A stretch of DNA of 43,817 bases from Alphaproteobacteria bacterium (GTDB taxonomy: Bacteria > Pseudomonadota > Alphaproteobacteria > Sphingomonadales > SMXR01), in contig DAOWAS010000003.1 in the NCBI GenBank assembly GCA_030634465.1, positions 1 through 43,817 on the forward strand, read 5' to 3'. The notes below the pieces were generated by a model. That model was not told the DNA's origin and made no database searches. It worked only from the letters and a program-made list of their open reading frames with translations. Below, one piece after another: positions 1 through 9,188 of this stretch (position 1 is the stretch's first letter; each line of letters opens with the position of its first letter). The translations under genes were made by a program, and so were the position numbers.

Positions 1-735
1 AAAAACATAAGCCAGTGCCAAGTTTTGCCTGTGCTGTCTTTGTGCCTGTGGCTGTCTGGCAATGCCAAGTAAAATATCTATGGCCTTTTCGGTTTCACCC
101 GCAAGAACTAGCGATAATGCTTTGTTGCTAAGCAGGTTCAGGTTGTTGGCATTTATAGCCAAGCCCGCATCAAATGCTTTTTGGGCAGCACCGTGGTCGC
201 CAGTTAGCTCTAATGACACGCCAAGCCCAGAATATGCTGTGGCGGTGCGGCCATCAGTGTGGTCTGTGCGGTCGGCGCGGCCTGATGGGCGTCTAGCACC
301 AATATCTATGGCCTCAGAAAAATAACCACTAGCGGTGCCCGGTTTGTAAAAGGCTAAATATAACTGACCCAAGGTTATTAGCACCTCTTGGTCGCGACCC
401 CTTTTGTTTTTAGCTGACATTAGAACGTCTAGGGCATCGTCATACTTGCCAACAGCCATCAGGCTTTTGCCAAGTTGAACCAATGGCTCAACAGACATTC
501 TGTTTTTTTGATGCGCACTTCTGAAAAGAGGGATGGCGGCATTATGGTCGCCCTGCCTGGCAAATGTTTTGCCCAGTTCTAACATGGCATTTCCACTGTT
601 TGCGTGTGGTTGTGCATTTGCGGCGGGGGTAAGTGCCGAGGCACTGTTAATGCCTGAACCTGTCCAACCAAATGACGAGCAAGCGCTTAGCCCAACCAAG
701 CACAACATGGGTGCTATAGTTTTGCTTTTACGCAT
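1..735 (-). CDS. TPR-repeat lipoprotein (TadD-like), runs off the left edge
   Basis: Not in the ORF track. My translation from ATG 735 (alternative ATG 786) is MRKSKTIAPMLCLVGLSAC... (lipobox LSAC), followed by TPR-like helices (AYSGLGVSLELTGDHGAAQKAFDAGLAINANN, RQNLALAY), open to position 1. Confidence 0.8.
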   Translation of the reverse strand, partial: MRKSKTIAPMLCLVGLSACSSFGWTGSGINSASALTPAANAQPHANSGNAMLELGKTFARQGDHNAAIPLFRSAHQKNRMSVEPLVQLGKSLMAVGKYDDALDVLMSAKNKRGRDQEVLITLGQLYLAFYKPGTASGYFSEAIDIGARRPSGRADRTDHTDGRTATAYSGLGVSLELTGDHGAAQKAFDAGLAINANNLNLLSNKALSLVLAGETEKAIDILLGIARQPQAQRQHRQNLALAYVF

Positions 736-958
736 AAAACTGCTACGAATAATAGTATTAGTGCCTGAATTGTTCTTTGCGAACATGATAATAGCTCCGC
801 TTTTTTTTAACGTTTATTTAGCGGATAATATGACAGCCTGCTTTAATTCTAAGTAAACGAAAGGAATGAATAAGAAGCAAATTTGATTAAAAATATAACC
901 ATAATAAACAGTCTTTTTCAAATTTTTTTGCTATACTGTTGCTTGGTTAAAAGCAGGA

Positions 959-2080
959 ATGAGAAGATTAATGAAAAAACCAGTTGTTATAACAGGCGTT
1001 AAACAATTGTTACGTGGCTTGGTTGCCATGCTTTTCATTACCTGTTTTGCATTTCAAACAGCTAGCGCCGCCACACTAAATTCAGCCCTTGATCGTTATA
1101 ATTATGGCGACTTCAGATCAGCAATTGAGCAGTGGGAACAATTAGCCAGAATGGGCAACCCTGATGCTTTGTTTAATTTGGGGCAGGTTTACCGTATGGG
1201 TAACGGTGTTGATATGGACATGGCCAAGGTTGAATATTTTTACAGGCGTGCCGCCCAAGGGGGACACGCCGAAGCCCAAAACAACCTTGCCACCCTGTAT
1301 TTTTTTGATGAAGAAAACACCACCCGCAAGGGTGAGGCACTGACATGGTGGCGTTTGGCCGCCAGAAATGGTCACGCCCAGTCACAATATATGTTGGCAA
1401 TTTTACACTATAATGGCGAATTATTACCCAAAGACAACATTCAGGCTTTTGCTTGGGTGGTGTTAGCCAGAGATGCTGGGGTTGAGGCCGCACTGGCGGC
1501 AGAGCGGGTTATGCGCCGCACTTTAAGTGCAAATGAAATGGCACAAGGACGGCTTTTGTCCAAAGGGTTGGTGGAAACGCCAGTAAATACACCTGACTAT
1601 AATGTTAACATTCAAGACCCCATGGGTTTGATGCCAACCTTCCCTACAGTGTCCGAGTTTCCTACCGTAACGCCGCCGCTTGTTGTTGATGCTCCGCAAA
1701 CACCGCCAACACCACCAAGTGCCACAATGGCAACACGGCAACCATCAGCACCGCCATCACCATCATCACCGTCCTCGCCACCTGTGGCGCAACAAGTTGT
1801 ACAACCAATAGCCGAGCTTGGTGGCCGCATTAGCGGGTGGAGCTTGCAAATGGGGTCATTCAGGTCAGTTGATAATCCAAATGCACTTGCCAACCGTATG
1901 AACAGGGAACAGCCGCAACTTATGTCAGGCTTAGAAGTTCAAGTGGCAGAAGCAGACCTAGGTGAGCGCGGTATATTTTACCGTTTGCTAGTTGGTTCAT
2001 TTGCAAACAAAGCGGCGGCACTGGCACATTGTCAGCAGTTTAAAGCTGTGGGTTATGACTGTATTGCCGTTGCCCCATAA
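959..2080 (+). CDS. Exported Sel1-repeat protein with Pro-rich linker and C-terminal SPOR domain
   Basis: Signal peptide (..ASA/A); Sel1 repeats (ALFNLGQVYRMGNGV, AQNNLATLY, SQYMLAILHYNG); SPOR-like end (WSLQMGSF...GIFYRLLVGSF...C...C). Confidence 0.85.
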   Translation: MRRLMKKPVVITGVKQLLRGLVAMLFITCFAFQTASAATLNSALDRYNYGDFRSAIEQWEQLARMGNPDALFNLGQVYRMGNGVDMDMAKVEYFYRRAAQGGHAEAQNNLATLYFFDEENTTRKGEALTWWRLAARNGHAQSQYMLAILHYNGELLPKDNIQAFAWVVLARDAGVEAALAAERVMRRTLSANEMAQGRLLSKGLVETPVNTPDYNVNIQDPMGLMPTFPTVSEFPTVTPPLVVDAPQTPPTPPSATMATRQPSAPPSPSSPSSPPVAQQVVQPIAELGGRISGWSLQMGSFRSVDNPNALANRMNREQPQLMSGLEVQVAEADLGERGIFYRLLVGSFANKAAALAHCQQFKAVGYDCIAVAP

Positions 2081-2102
2081 AAAATTAAGCAAGAACCCAA
2101 GC

Positions 2103-2136
2103 AAAAAAATAGGACGAAGAATAACTCCGCCCTATT
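2103..2136 (-). terminator. Intrinsic terminator for the 2171-2740 gene
   Basis: Minus strand AATAGGGCGGAG-ttatt-CTTCGTCCTATT followed by a T run. Confidence 0.6.
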
Positions 2137-2170
2137 ATATATTCACATAAATTTTTTCTTATGTTTTTTC

Positions 2171-2740
2171 TTAGAAATTAGGTTCAGCAGTTGCGGGCCC
2201 TTGTAGCCAGCTACCATCAGGTTGCAGGCAGGCCGTGCCATATGCGTTACGTTCAATCCCACCAATAATAACAACTGTTTGGTATTCGCGTGTTTGCAAA
2301 CAGGTTGTGCGTGCTTGTTGTGTTTGTGGTTGCTGCACATACACTACCCTTGTGGGGGCCGGTGGTCGTGGGTATGGTTGAACATAAGTTGTGCGGTACG
2401 TTGTTTGGTGTCGGGGTTCAGCACTTTTAATTAGCTGATAGGTTAGCAAACCTAGGCCAATTCCCAGAACAAGGTTGCCATTATTGTGGCGGTGGTGGCT
2501 ACGTCTATACCCACGGTTTCTTCGGTCATCATATCCATACCAAGGTGAGGAATAAGAGCCGCCGCCATAAAAGTGTGAAGGCCTATGTTCTCTGTGTTCT
2601 CTGGCATATCGTGTGTTTGGAGCATGGTTGGTTTGCTGAATGTAGGCACCAGACGGTTCCGCCTTAGCCGTGTTTACAGTTCCCAGCCCTGTCAGGCTTA
2701 GAGAGGTTATAGCCGTTAGCAAAATTGTTTTTATCATCAT
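2171..2740 (-). CDS. Exported protein with a 17-kDa surface-antigen-like C-terminal domain
   Basis: Signal peptide, His/Arg/Gly-rich linker, hydrophobic LGIGLGLL segment, C-terminal C..REYQT.V.IGG...AYGTACLQPDGSW motif; AAGGAG RBS. Confidence 0.7.
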   Translation of the reverse strand: MMIKTILLTAITSLSLTGLGTVNTAKAEPSGAYIQQTNHAPNTRYAREHREHRPSHFYGGGSYSSPWYGYDDRRNRGYRRSHHRHNNGNLVLGIGLGLLTYQLIKSAEPRHQTTYRTTYVQPYPRPPAPTRVVYVQQPQTQQARTTCLQTREYQTVVIIGGIERNAYGTACLQPDGSWLQGPATAEPNF

Positions 2741-2828
2741 GCGCTCCTTTATCTTATTCCATATTCGGACAAGACAATGGTCTCATCCGAATATGGTAAG
2801 AATAAGGAAAATTAAAGGCGCTATTTAG

Positions 2829-4079
2829 CTACAGGGCCTTCATATCGCCTTGGAACTTCTCAGAAAGTTGCTCCAAGTTTAAGGTTTGCTGTGCCAAATC
2901 TTCAGCCGCTTCGGTCATGCCCTTGGCGCTGGTTTTGGTTTCATTTGCAGTTTGCAATACCTTGTTGATATTTTCAGACACATCAATAGTGCCTTGTGAG
3001 GCCTCTTGAATGTTGCGGCTAATTTCCATTGTAGCGGCCGACTGCTCTTCGGTGGCTGATGCAATGGCTGCTGACACTTCGTTCAGTTCCTGAATTACGT
3101 CAGCAATTCCGTTAATAGCTCCAACAGAGGTGGCTGTTTTTTCTTGCATTGAAGATACTTGAGCTTCAATGGTTTCAGTAGCACCACCAGTTTGTTGTGC
3201 CAGTGCCTTAACCTCAGACGCCACAACAGCAAAGCCTTTGCCAGCCTCGCCTGCACGGGCGGCCTCAATGGTGGCGTTAAGCGCAAGAAGGTTGGTTTGC
3301 GAGGCAATATCGTTAATTAGTTTAACAACTTCGCCAATGCTTGTTGAGCTGTCTTTCAGGTCTGAAATGGTTTCACCTGCAGAATTTGCCTCAACAGTTG
3401 CCGAACTTGCTTTTTCAGATGTTGTTGCAACCTGTCTAGATATTTCCTCTACAGAGCTTAACAGTTCTTCGGTGGCTGATGCCACTGTTTGCACGTTCAC
3501 ACTGGTTTGCTCAGCCGCCGCCGCAACGGTGGATGATAATTCTTCGGTGTTAGAGGCATTGTCCATTAAATACCCTGCGGTATCTTTTGTGTTTTGTGCA
3601 GAAGTTTTAAGAGCTTGGGTTACCTCAACAACACCTTCAATATATGTGGTGGATATTTTGTCTTGGGCCGCTTTTCGCTCGCCATCCAAACGCATGTTAT
3701 TGCTGGCTTCGTTAATCAGCCCAGCTCCACGACCAAAGGCACCCATCATGCCTTGTGGTAAAAACTTTCTATAATAGTGACCTTCGCGCGCAGCTTCTAG
3801 TGATGCGCCCGCCTCTCTAATATAGGCATCGGTAAGGTCAAGCATGCCATTAACATCGCCTAAAACGCTAGACAGTTCGCCAAACTCATCCCAGTTTATA
3901 ATTCTGGCTTCCATGTCGCCAGCTCTAACTCTTTCAGCGGTTTCTTTAAGCACTGCGAAGGCACTTTTATACTGTTCCAGTTCGGAGTTCATGTTGCCGC
4001 CCCCAGAATTATCTGTTTTGTTTTCGGTACTGCTATCAGTTGCGCTTGTGTCTTGTGATTTTTTTGAAAAATTAAACAT
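2829..4079 (-). CDS. Cytoplasmic methyl-accepting chemotaxis protein (HAMP-like + signalling domain, no TM)
   Basis: Hairpin-tip motif [34 protein letters not shown]; no hydrophobic helix; start placed at ATG 4079 downstream of GGAGG. Confidence 0.9.
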   Translation of the reverse strand: MFNFSKKSQDTSATDSSTENKTDNSGGGNMNSELEQYKSAFAVLKETAERVRAGDMEARIINWDEFGELSSVLGDVNGMLDLTDAYIREAGASLEAAREGHYYRKFLPQGMMGAFGRGAGLINEASNNMRLDGERKAAQDKISTTYIEGVVEVTQALKTSAQNTKDTAGYLMDNASNTEELSSTVAAAAEQTSVNVQTVASATEELLSSVEEISRQVATTSEKASSATVEANSAGETISDLKDSSTSIGEVVKLINDIASQTNLLALNATIEAARAGEAGKGFAVVASEVKALAQQTGGATETIEAQVSSMQEKTATSVGAINGIADVIQELNEVSAAIASATEEQSAATMEISRNIQEASQGTIDVSENINKVLQTANETKTSAKGMTEAAEDLAQQTLNLEQLSEKFQGDMKAL

Positions 4080-4081
4080 AA

Positions 4082-4612
4082 TTATTTCCCCACCTCCCAA
4101 ATAAATTCATCGTATGTGAGGCCTTTTTCTTCCAGAATATTAACCAACATATTAAAGCTCTCTTCCATGCCAACTTTTTTGCTGGAATGCTTTTTTTCTT
4201 CTGCTAACAGTTGTGAGTAAAGGGGCTGAATAATTGCCAGCGCGCTATCTTTTGGTTTTCTGCGATTTGAATGATAGCCAGATATATTACCATTAGCGTC
4301 ATAACTTGGTGTCACATGGGCAACAACCCAATAGTATTTACCCGTTTTTGACATGTTTTTAACATATGCAAAAATTTCTTTCCCCGCCTCAATATAATCC
4401 CACAAAAGTTTAAAAACTGCACGGGGCATGTCTGGGTGGCGAATAATGCTGTGGGGTTGGCCAACAACTTCGTTCGTGTCCATTTCTGCTACGCGGCAGA
4501 ATACGTCATTGGTATATAACAGGTGACCCTTTGCATTGGTTTTTGAAACGATAATTTCATTTTCGCCAAAGGTTATTTCTTCATCAGTTGGGGTTACATT
4601 AATTTTTGCCAT
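4082..4612 (-). CDS. Stand-alone Aer/CetB-type PAS sensor protein
   Basis: IVSKT..KG...[13 protein letters not shown]...F..LW, YVKN...G.YYWV.A.VTP motifs typical of FAD-binding Aer PAS domains. Confidence 0.85.
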   Translation of the reverse strand: MAKINVTPTDEEITFGENEIIVSKTNAKGHLLYTNDVFCRVAEMDTNEVVGQPHSIIRHPDMPRAVFKLLWDYIEAGKEIFAYVKNMSKTGKYYWVVAHVTPSYDANGNISGYHSNRRKPKDSALAIIQPLYSQLLAEEKKHSSKKVGMEESFNMLVNILEEKGLTYDEFIWEVGK

Positions 4613-4705
4613 GGGATTTGCTCTTTAAATAATAAAATAACTACGTAAAACTTTAGATTGAACAACTCACACAAAACAACTGTGAAAAGATATAGGTCAA
4701 AATGG

Positions 4706-4720
4706 TTAACAACAAGTTTA
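4706..4720. promoter_or_regulatory. Possible CtrA box upstream of the PAS/MCP pair
   Basis: TTAA-caacaag-TTTA, one mismatch to TTAA-N7-TTAA; the AT-rich context makes a chance match possible. Confidence 0.3.
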
Positions 4721-4809
4721 GTGCGTTGTTCATAAGCTAGACTATTTTCGTTGTATTTCAGTATGTTGCACAAATTTTAGCCCGCAAACTGTGGGTGCGG
4801 ATAAAATAA

Positions 4810-4835
4810 TGGCTCAGCAAATAAATGCTAAGCCA
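4810..4835 (-). terminator. Probable terminator downstream of tRNA-Ala
   Basis: Minus strand TGGCTTAGCA-tttatt-TGCTGAGCCA then TTATTTT. Confidence 0.55.
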
Positions 4836-4858
4836 CTGTTAATACTAGTGAAAAAAGT

Positions 4859-4934
4859 TGGTGGAGCCGATCGGAATCGAACCGACGACCTTTACACTGC
4901 CAGTGTAACGCTCTACCAATTGAGCTACGGCCCC
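4859..4934 (-). tRNA. tRNA-Ala(GGC)
   Basis: GGGGCCGTAGCTCAATTGGTAGAGCG-TTACA-CTGGCAG-TGTAA-AGGTCGTCGGTTCGATTCCGATCGGCTCCACCA: 76 nt, G3:U70 pair, encoded CCA. Confidence 0.97.
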
Positions 4935-4950
4935 ACAATTATTTTAAGAA

Positions 4951-5307
4951 TTAGCTTTCGTCTTTAATGCTGCTGGTATCAACAACATCGTCTAGATTCT
5001 CATCATCATCATCTAGGCTAACATCAGCGATAACGCTCTCATCTTCGTCATCATCCTCTGTCTCAACCAGAAGGCCTGCTTCATCTGCTAATGATGCATC
5101 ATCATCACTATCTTCATCAGTTTTTTCAACTTCAGGCTTTTTCGGTTCTGGTCGTGCTACAACCGATGGGCGTGCTTTCAAGATGGGTTCATGCTTCCAG
5201 CTTTCGCCACAATCGATACAAACGATCGGATTGTCGTTACCCAAGTCATAAAAACGGTTGCCGCATTTAGGACAGGTTCTTTTTGTTCCCCATTCAGCTT
5301 TTGCCAC
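4951..5307 (-). CDS. TIGR02300 / FYDLN-acid family protein
   Basis: AKAEWGTKRTCPKCGNRFYDL...CIDCG zinc ribbon plus acidic tail; GTG start at 5307 with GAAGGAG RBS. Confidence 0.9.
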   Translation of the reverse strand: MAKAEWGTKRTCPKCGNRFYDLGNDNPIVCIDCGESWKHEPILKARPSVVARPEPKKPEVEKTDEDSDDDASLADEAGLLVETEDDDEDESVIADVSLDDDDENLDDVVDTSSIKDES

Positions 5308-5469
5308 GGTTAGCTCCTTCAGTCTTAAAGATAAGTCTCTCATTAATTTCAGCCGCTTGACTTGCCACGATACGGCTCTTCTGTCAAAGACTTCTTTTGC
5401 TTGTAAGTCATTTCTTATAATTTATGCTGTGAACAAGTGTAAAGATATGTTTTTAAACAAAAGGATAGT

Positions 5470-6111
5470 TTGGTGATTATTGCTATTGATGGCCCTGCGG
5501 CTGCAGGAAAAGGAACATTGGCTAGACGTTTGGCAAAGCACTTAAACTTTGCTTATCTTGATTCGGGTTCATTGTACCGTGCGGTTGCGCTTAACCTTAT
5601 TATTTCAGGGCAAGATGAAAATAATGAGGATGGTGTAATTGCGGCCTCAAAAAACATTGAGCCATCGCTTTTAGAAGATCCGCGCCTGCGTGATGAGGCC
5701 ACAGGGCATTTAGCATCTAAGGTAGCGTCCAATAAAATTGTGCGTGAAAACCTTTTACATTTCCAACAAAACTTCGCGGCTAACCCGCCAAATGGTGAGG
5801 CGGGTGCGATTGTAGATGGCCGCGATATTGGTACTGTTGTTTGCCCCGAGGCCGATTTGAAGCTGTTTGTAACCGCCACCGCAGATGAGCGTGCCAAGCG
5901 CAGACAGTTGGAGCTAGAGCAAAAGGGCATTGCCGCAAACCATGAAAATATCCTTAGTGACATTCAGGCAAGGGATAAGATGGATAGCGAACGCGCAACC
6001 TCGCCATTGGTGCAAGCAGAAGACGCAATATTGCTAGACACAACCAATTTAAATGCAGAAAAAGCCTTTCAGGCCGCTTTAGGCTTGATTAAACCTGCAA
6101 ACTTGGTATAG
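5470..6111 (+). CDS. cmk: Cytidylate kinase
   Basis: IAIDGPAAAGKGT P-loop, LDSG.LYR, DGRDIGTVV; directly upstream of rpsA. Confidence 0.96.
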   Translation: MVIIAIDGPAAAGKGTLARRLAKHLNFAYLDSGSLYRAVALNLIISGQDENNEDGVIAASKNIEPSLLEDPRLRDEATGHLASKVASNKIVRENLLHFQQNFAANPPNGEAGAIVDGRDIGTVVCPEADLKLFVTATADERAKRRQLELEQKGIAANHENILSDIQARDKMDSERATSPLVQAEDAILLDTTNLNAEKAFQAALGLIKPANLV

Positions 6112-6276
6112 AAGCACCCGCTTGAAGAAGATATTGCGAGTTTAGGCTCATTTTATAGTTTTCAAACATTAGTTAAAGCCCAACTGACTTTATTTAAGGT
6201 GAGCGATGAGCGCCACTTTGGTCAAAGGGTAGTCCACTGGTATCGTACCAGCAGGCACAACGAATTAAGGTTACTT

Positions 6277-8184
6277 ATGTCAACCGACCAAAACCAATTT
6301 CCAACAACAGAAGATTTTGCCGCCCTATTGGACGAATCACTAGGTGGTAGCAATAGCTTTGAGAAAAAAGTTATAACAGGAACTGTTATTTCTATTGAAA
6401 CAGATTTTGCCATTGTAGATGTGGGATTAAAAGCAGAAGGCCGCGTTCCATTACGCGAGTTTGGCGCACCCGGATCAGACACAGAAGTAAGTGTTGGCGA
6501 CACCGTAGATGTTTTTCTAGAGCGCATTGAAAATGCTGCCGGAGAAGCTATCTTGTCACGCGAGAAAGCTCGCCGTGAAGAAGCGTGGGTATTCCTAGAA
6601 AAAGCATATGAAGCAGAAGAGCGCGTTGATGGCGTTATCTTTGGCCGTGTTAAAGGCGGCTTTACAGTTGACCTTTCTGGTGCTGTTGCTTTCTTGCCAG
6701 GCAGTCAAGTTGACGTGCGTCCAATTAGAGACGTTGCGCCATTGATGAATATTTCAACTCCTTTCCAAATTTTGAAAATGGACCGTAAACGTGGAAACAT
6801 TGTTGTTTCACGTCGTGCCATTTTGGAAGAAACTCGTGCCGAACAACGCAATGAGCTTCTTGATAACTTGGCTGAAGGCCAAACAGTTGAGGGTGTTGTT
6901 AAAAACATCACTGATTATGGTGCCTTCGTTGACCTTGGCGGTATTGATGGCTTGTTGCATGTTACCGACATGTCTTGGAAACGCATTAACCACCCATCAG
7001 AAATTCTGACAATTGGTGAAACCATTAAGGTTCAGATCGTACGCATTAACCCAGAAACACAGCGTGTTAGCTTGGGCATTAAACAAATGCACGAAGATCC
7101 TTGGGCGGCTGTTGCTGCTAAATACACCATCGGCAGCAAGTTCACTGGTGTTGTAACCAACATCACTGACTACGGTGCCTTTGTTGAATTAGAATCAGGC
7201 GTTGAAGGTCTGGTTCACGTTTCAGAAATGTCATGGGTTAAACGTAACGTCCACCCTGGTAAAATTGTTGCTACCAGTCAGGAAGTTGAAGTTATGGTTC
7301 TTGAGGTTGATGCCGACAAGCGTCGTATTAGCCTTGGCCTGAAACATTGCATGGAAAACCCATGGGAAGCTTTCTCAGTTAAATATAAAGAAGGCACAAT
7401 CATTGAAGGCGAAGTGAAAAACACCACAGAGTTTGGTCTATTCATTGGCTTGGAAAATGATGTTGATGGCATGGTTCATTTGTCTGACCTTGACTGGGCT
7501 CGCCCAGGTGAAGAGGTTCTTGCTGAATACAACAAAGGCGACATGGTTAAGGCCATCGTTCTTGATGTTGATAGCGACAAAGAAAGAATTAGTCTTGGTA
7601 TCAAGCAACTTACAGACGACCCATTTGCTTCTGCTAAAAGCAAGCGTAAGGGCGAAACAGTGACTTGTACTGTTACAGCAGTAAACGATAAAGGCATTGA
7701 GGTTAGCGTTGGTGATAGTGGTTCAACCGCATTTATCAGACGCAACGACCTTTCTCGTGATCGTAACGAGCAACGTCCAGACCGTTTTGCCGTTGGTGAC
7801 AAACTTGACGCCATGGTAACAGCAGTTGATAAGTCTAAGCGTCAGCTGAACTTGTCAATTAAAGCATTGGAAATTTCTGATGAAAAAGCAGCTGTTGCTC
7901 AGTATGGTTCATCTGACAGTGGTGCAAGCTTAGGCGACATTCTAGGTGCGGCTTTAGAAAAGAAAAAAGCTACAACCGATGAAGATAAGCCAGCTAAGAA
8001 AGCTGCCGCTAAAAAAGCTCCTGCAAAGAAAGCACCAGCCAAAAAAGCTGCTGCAAAAAAAGCAGATGCTGATGTAGCTGAAAAGAAAGAAAAGCCAGCT
8101 AAGAAAGCTGCCGCTAAAAAAGCTCCTGCAAAGAAAGCACCAGCCAAAAAAGCGACAAAAGCAAAAAAGTCTGACGACAAATAG
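6277..8184 (+). CDS. rpsA: 30S ribosomal protein S1 with long Lys/Ala-rich C-terminal tail
   Basis: S1 repeats (VKNITDYGAFVDLGGIDGLLHVTD), YGSSDSGASLGDILG end motif; start placed at ATG 6277 (MSTDQNQFPT). Confidence 0.97.
   Translation: MSTDQNQFPTTEDFAALLDESLGGSNSFEKKVITGTVISIETDFAIVDVGLKAEGRVPLREFGAPGSDTEVSVGDTVDVFLERIENAAGEAILSREKARREEAWVFLEKAYEAEERVDGVIFGRVKGGFTVDLSGAVAFLPGSQVDVRPIRDVAPLMNISTPFQILKMDRKRGNIVVSRRAILEETRAEQRNELLDNLAEGQTVEGVVKNITDYGAFVDLGGIDGLLHVTDMSWKRINHPSEILTIGETIKVQIVRINPETQRVSLGIKQMHEDPWAAVAAKYTIGSKFTGVVTNITDYGAFVELESGVEGLVHVSEMSWVKRNVHPGKIVATSQEVEVMVLEVDADKRRISLGLKHCMENPWEAFSVKYKEGTIIEGEVKNTTEFGLFIGLENDVDGMVHLSDLDWARPGEEVLAEYNKGDMVKAIVLDVDSDKERISLGIKQLTDDPFASAKSKRKGETVTCTVTAVNDKGIEVSVGDSGSTAFIRRNDLSRDRNEQRPDRFAVGDKLDAMVTAVDKSKRQLNLSIKALEISDEKAAVAQYGSSDSGASLGDILGAALEKKKATTDEDKPAKKAAAKKAPAKKAPAKKAAAKKADADVAEKKEKPAKKAAAKKAPAKKAPAKKATKAKKSDDK
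7987..8153 (+). repeat. Exact 62-bp direct repeat (7987-8048 and 8092-8153) in the rpsA tail
   Basis: AAGCCAGCTAAGAAAGCTGCCGCTAAAAAAGCTCCTGCAAAGAAAGCACCAGCCAAAAAAGC occurs twice, 105 bp apart. Confidence 0.92.
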
Positions 8185-8209
8185 TTCAGCCTAAAGCTTA
8201 AGAAAATTG

Positions 8210-8240
8210 AAAGCGGTCCCGTTAGGGGCCGCTTTTTTTT
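8210..8240 (+). terminator. rpsA intrinsic terminator
   Basis: AAAGCGGTCCC-gtta-GGGGCCGCTTT followed by a T run. Confidence 0.9.
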
Positions 8241-8475
8241 AACGATTCGCTAAATGGCTTATTTCTTATATTCAAAGGCTTTTTGAAAAGTGAGAGTGTG
8301 TAATTAGGGGCTAAATATTGTTTTTTAAGTAATTTATTAAGGTTATTCGAAATAATATAGCAATTTAAGGCACTTAGACTTGACTAGAAGCTTTCAGGTT
8401 TGGCAAAATTTAGCTATACATAACTTAGGGGACGGTAAGTTAACTGGTTTAGTTTTAAGAATACGAGGGTAAGGT

Positions 8476-8757
8476 ATGATAAAGTCAGAGCTCATAGCTA
8501 AAATGGTAGAAAATAATCCGCATTTATATCAACGGGATGTTGAGAGAATTGTTGGCACTATTTTTGATGAAATTTCCACGGCACTTGCAAAAGGCGATAG
8601 GGTGGAGCTGCGAGGCTTTGGTGCTTTCTCTGTAAAATGTCGCCCGGCAAGAACAGGACGCAACCCACGCACAGGCGAAACGGTTGAGGTTGAAGAAAAG
8701 TTCGTTCCTTATTTTAAAACAGGCAAAGATTTAAGACAAAAATTAAACAAGGGCTAA
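8476..8757 (+). CDS. ihfB: Integration host factor subunit beta
   Basis: MIKSELI...[12 protein letters not shown]...GRNPRTGE...PYFKTGK. Confidence 0.96.
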   Translation: MIKSELIAKMVENNPHLYQRDVERIVGTIFDEISTALAKGDRVELRGFGAFSVKCRPARTGRNPRTGETVEVEEKFVPYFKTGKDLRQKLNKG

Positions 8758-8790
8758 TATGCGCCCCTGAGGTGTTTCTGAGGTGTCTCT

Positions 8791-9147
8791 GTGAAAAAAT
8801 TTATTATGGCCTTGCCCATTTGGGTGGTTGCAGTTGCACTGGTGTTTTTTGTTGTATCTAACCGCCACGGCGTGGTGGTCAATTTATATCCATTATCATC
8901 ATCTTTAGAAATGCCTTTGTACTTCGTGTTTTTCATGGGGTTGTTTTTGGGCTTAATTCTCGCTGGTTTTATTTTATTACTGCGCAGGGTTAATGCTGCG
9001 ACAAAAATGTATATGGCAAAACGCGAGAACGCTAGGTTACGTTCAAAAGTTGTCGATATGGAAAAGGTCATGGACGAACCAGACACAGACACCCTGCAAA
9101 ATAATAATGAGCAACTGGAACTTGCCAAGACCAGTTTTCAGAAGTAG
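8791..9147 (+). CDS. lapA: LapA (DUF1049) family membrane protein
   Basis: Two TM segments around F.VSNR..V...L.P, coiled-coil tail; usual position after ihfB. Confidence 0.75.
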   Translation: MKKFIMALPIWVVAVALVFFVVSNRHGVVVNLYPLSSSLEMPLYFVFFMGLFLGLILAGFILLLRRVNAATKMYMAKRENARLRSKVVDMEKVMDEPDTDTLQNNNEQLELAKTSFQK

Positions 9148-9188
9148 TTACACGTTTGTGAACCATTGCTCTTGGAGATTAACCGCCG

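Noticed and set aside
62-856. Plus-strand ORFs 62-325 and 533-856
   Set aside because: They are antisense shadows of the minus-strand TPR lipoprotein gene.
1695-1785. CACCA/CCATCA-like short repeats
   Set aside because: They encode the Pro/Ser-rich linker of the Sel1-SPOR protein and are not an array.
2100-4934. Possible island integrated at the tRNA-Ala 3' end
   Set aside because: I found no duplicated tRNA 3' end, no integrase and no clear compositional shift.
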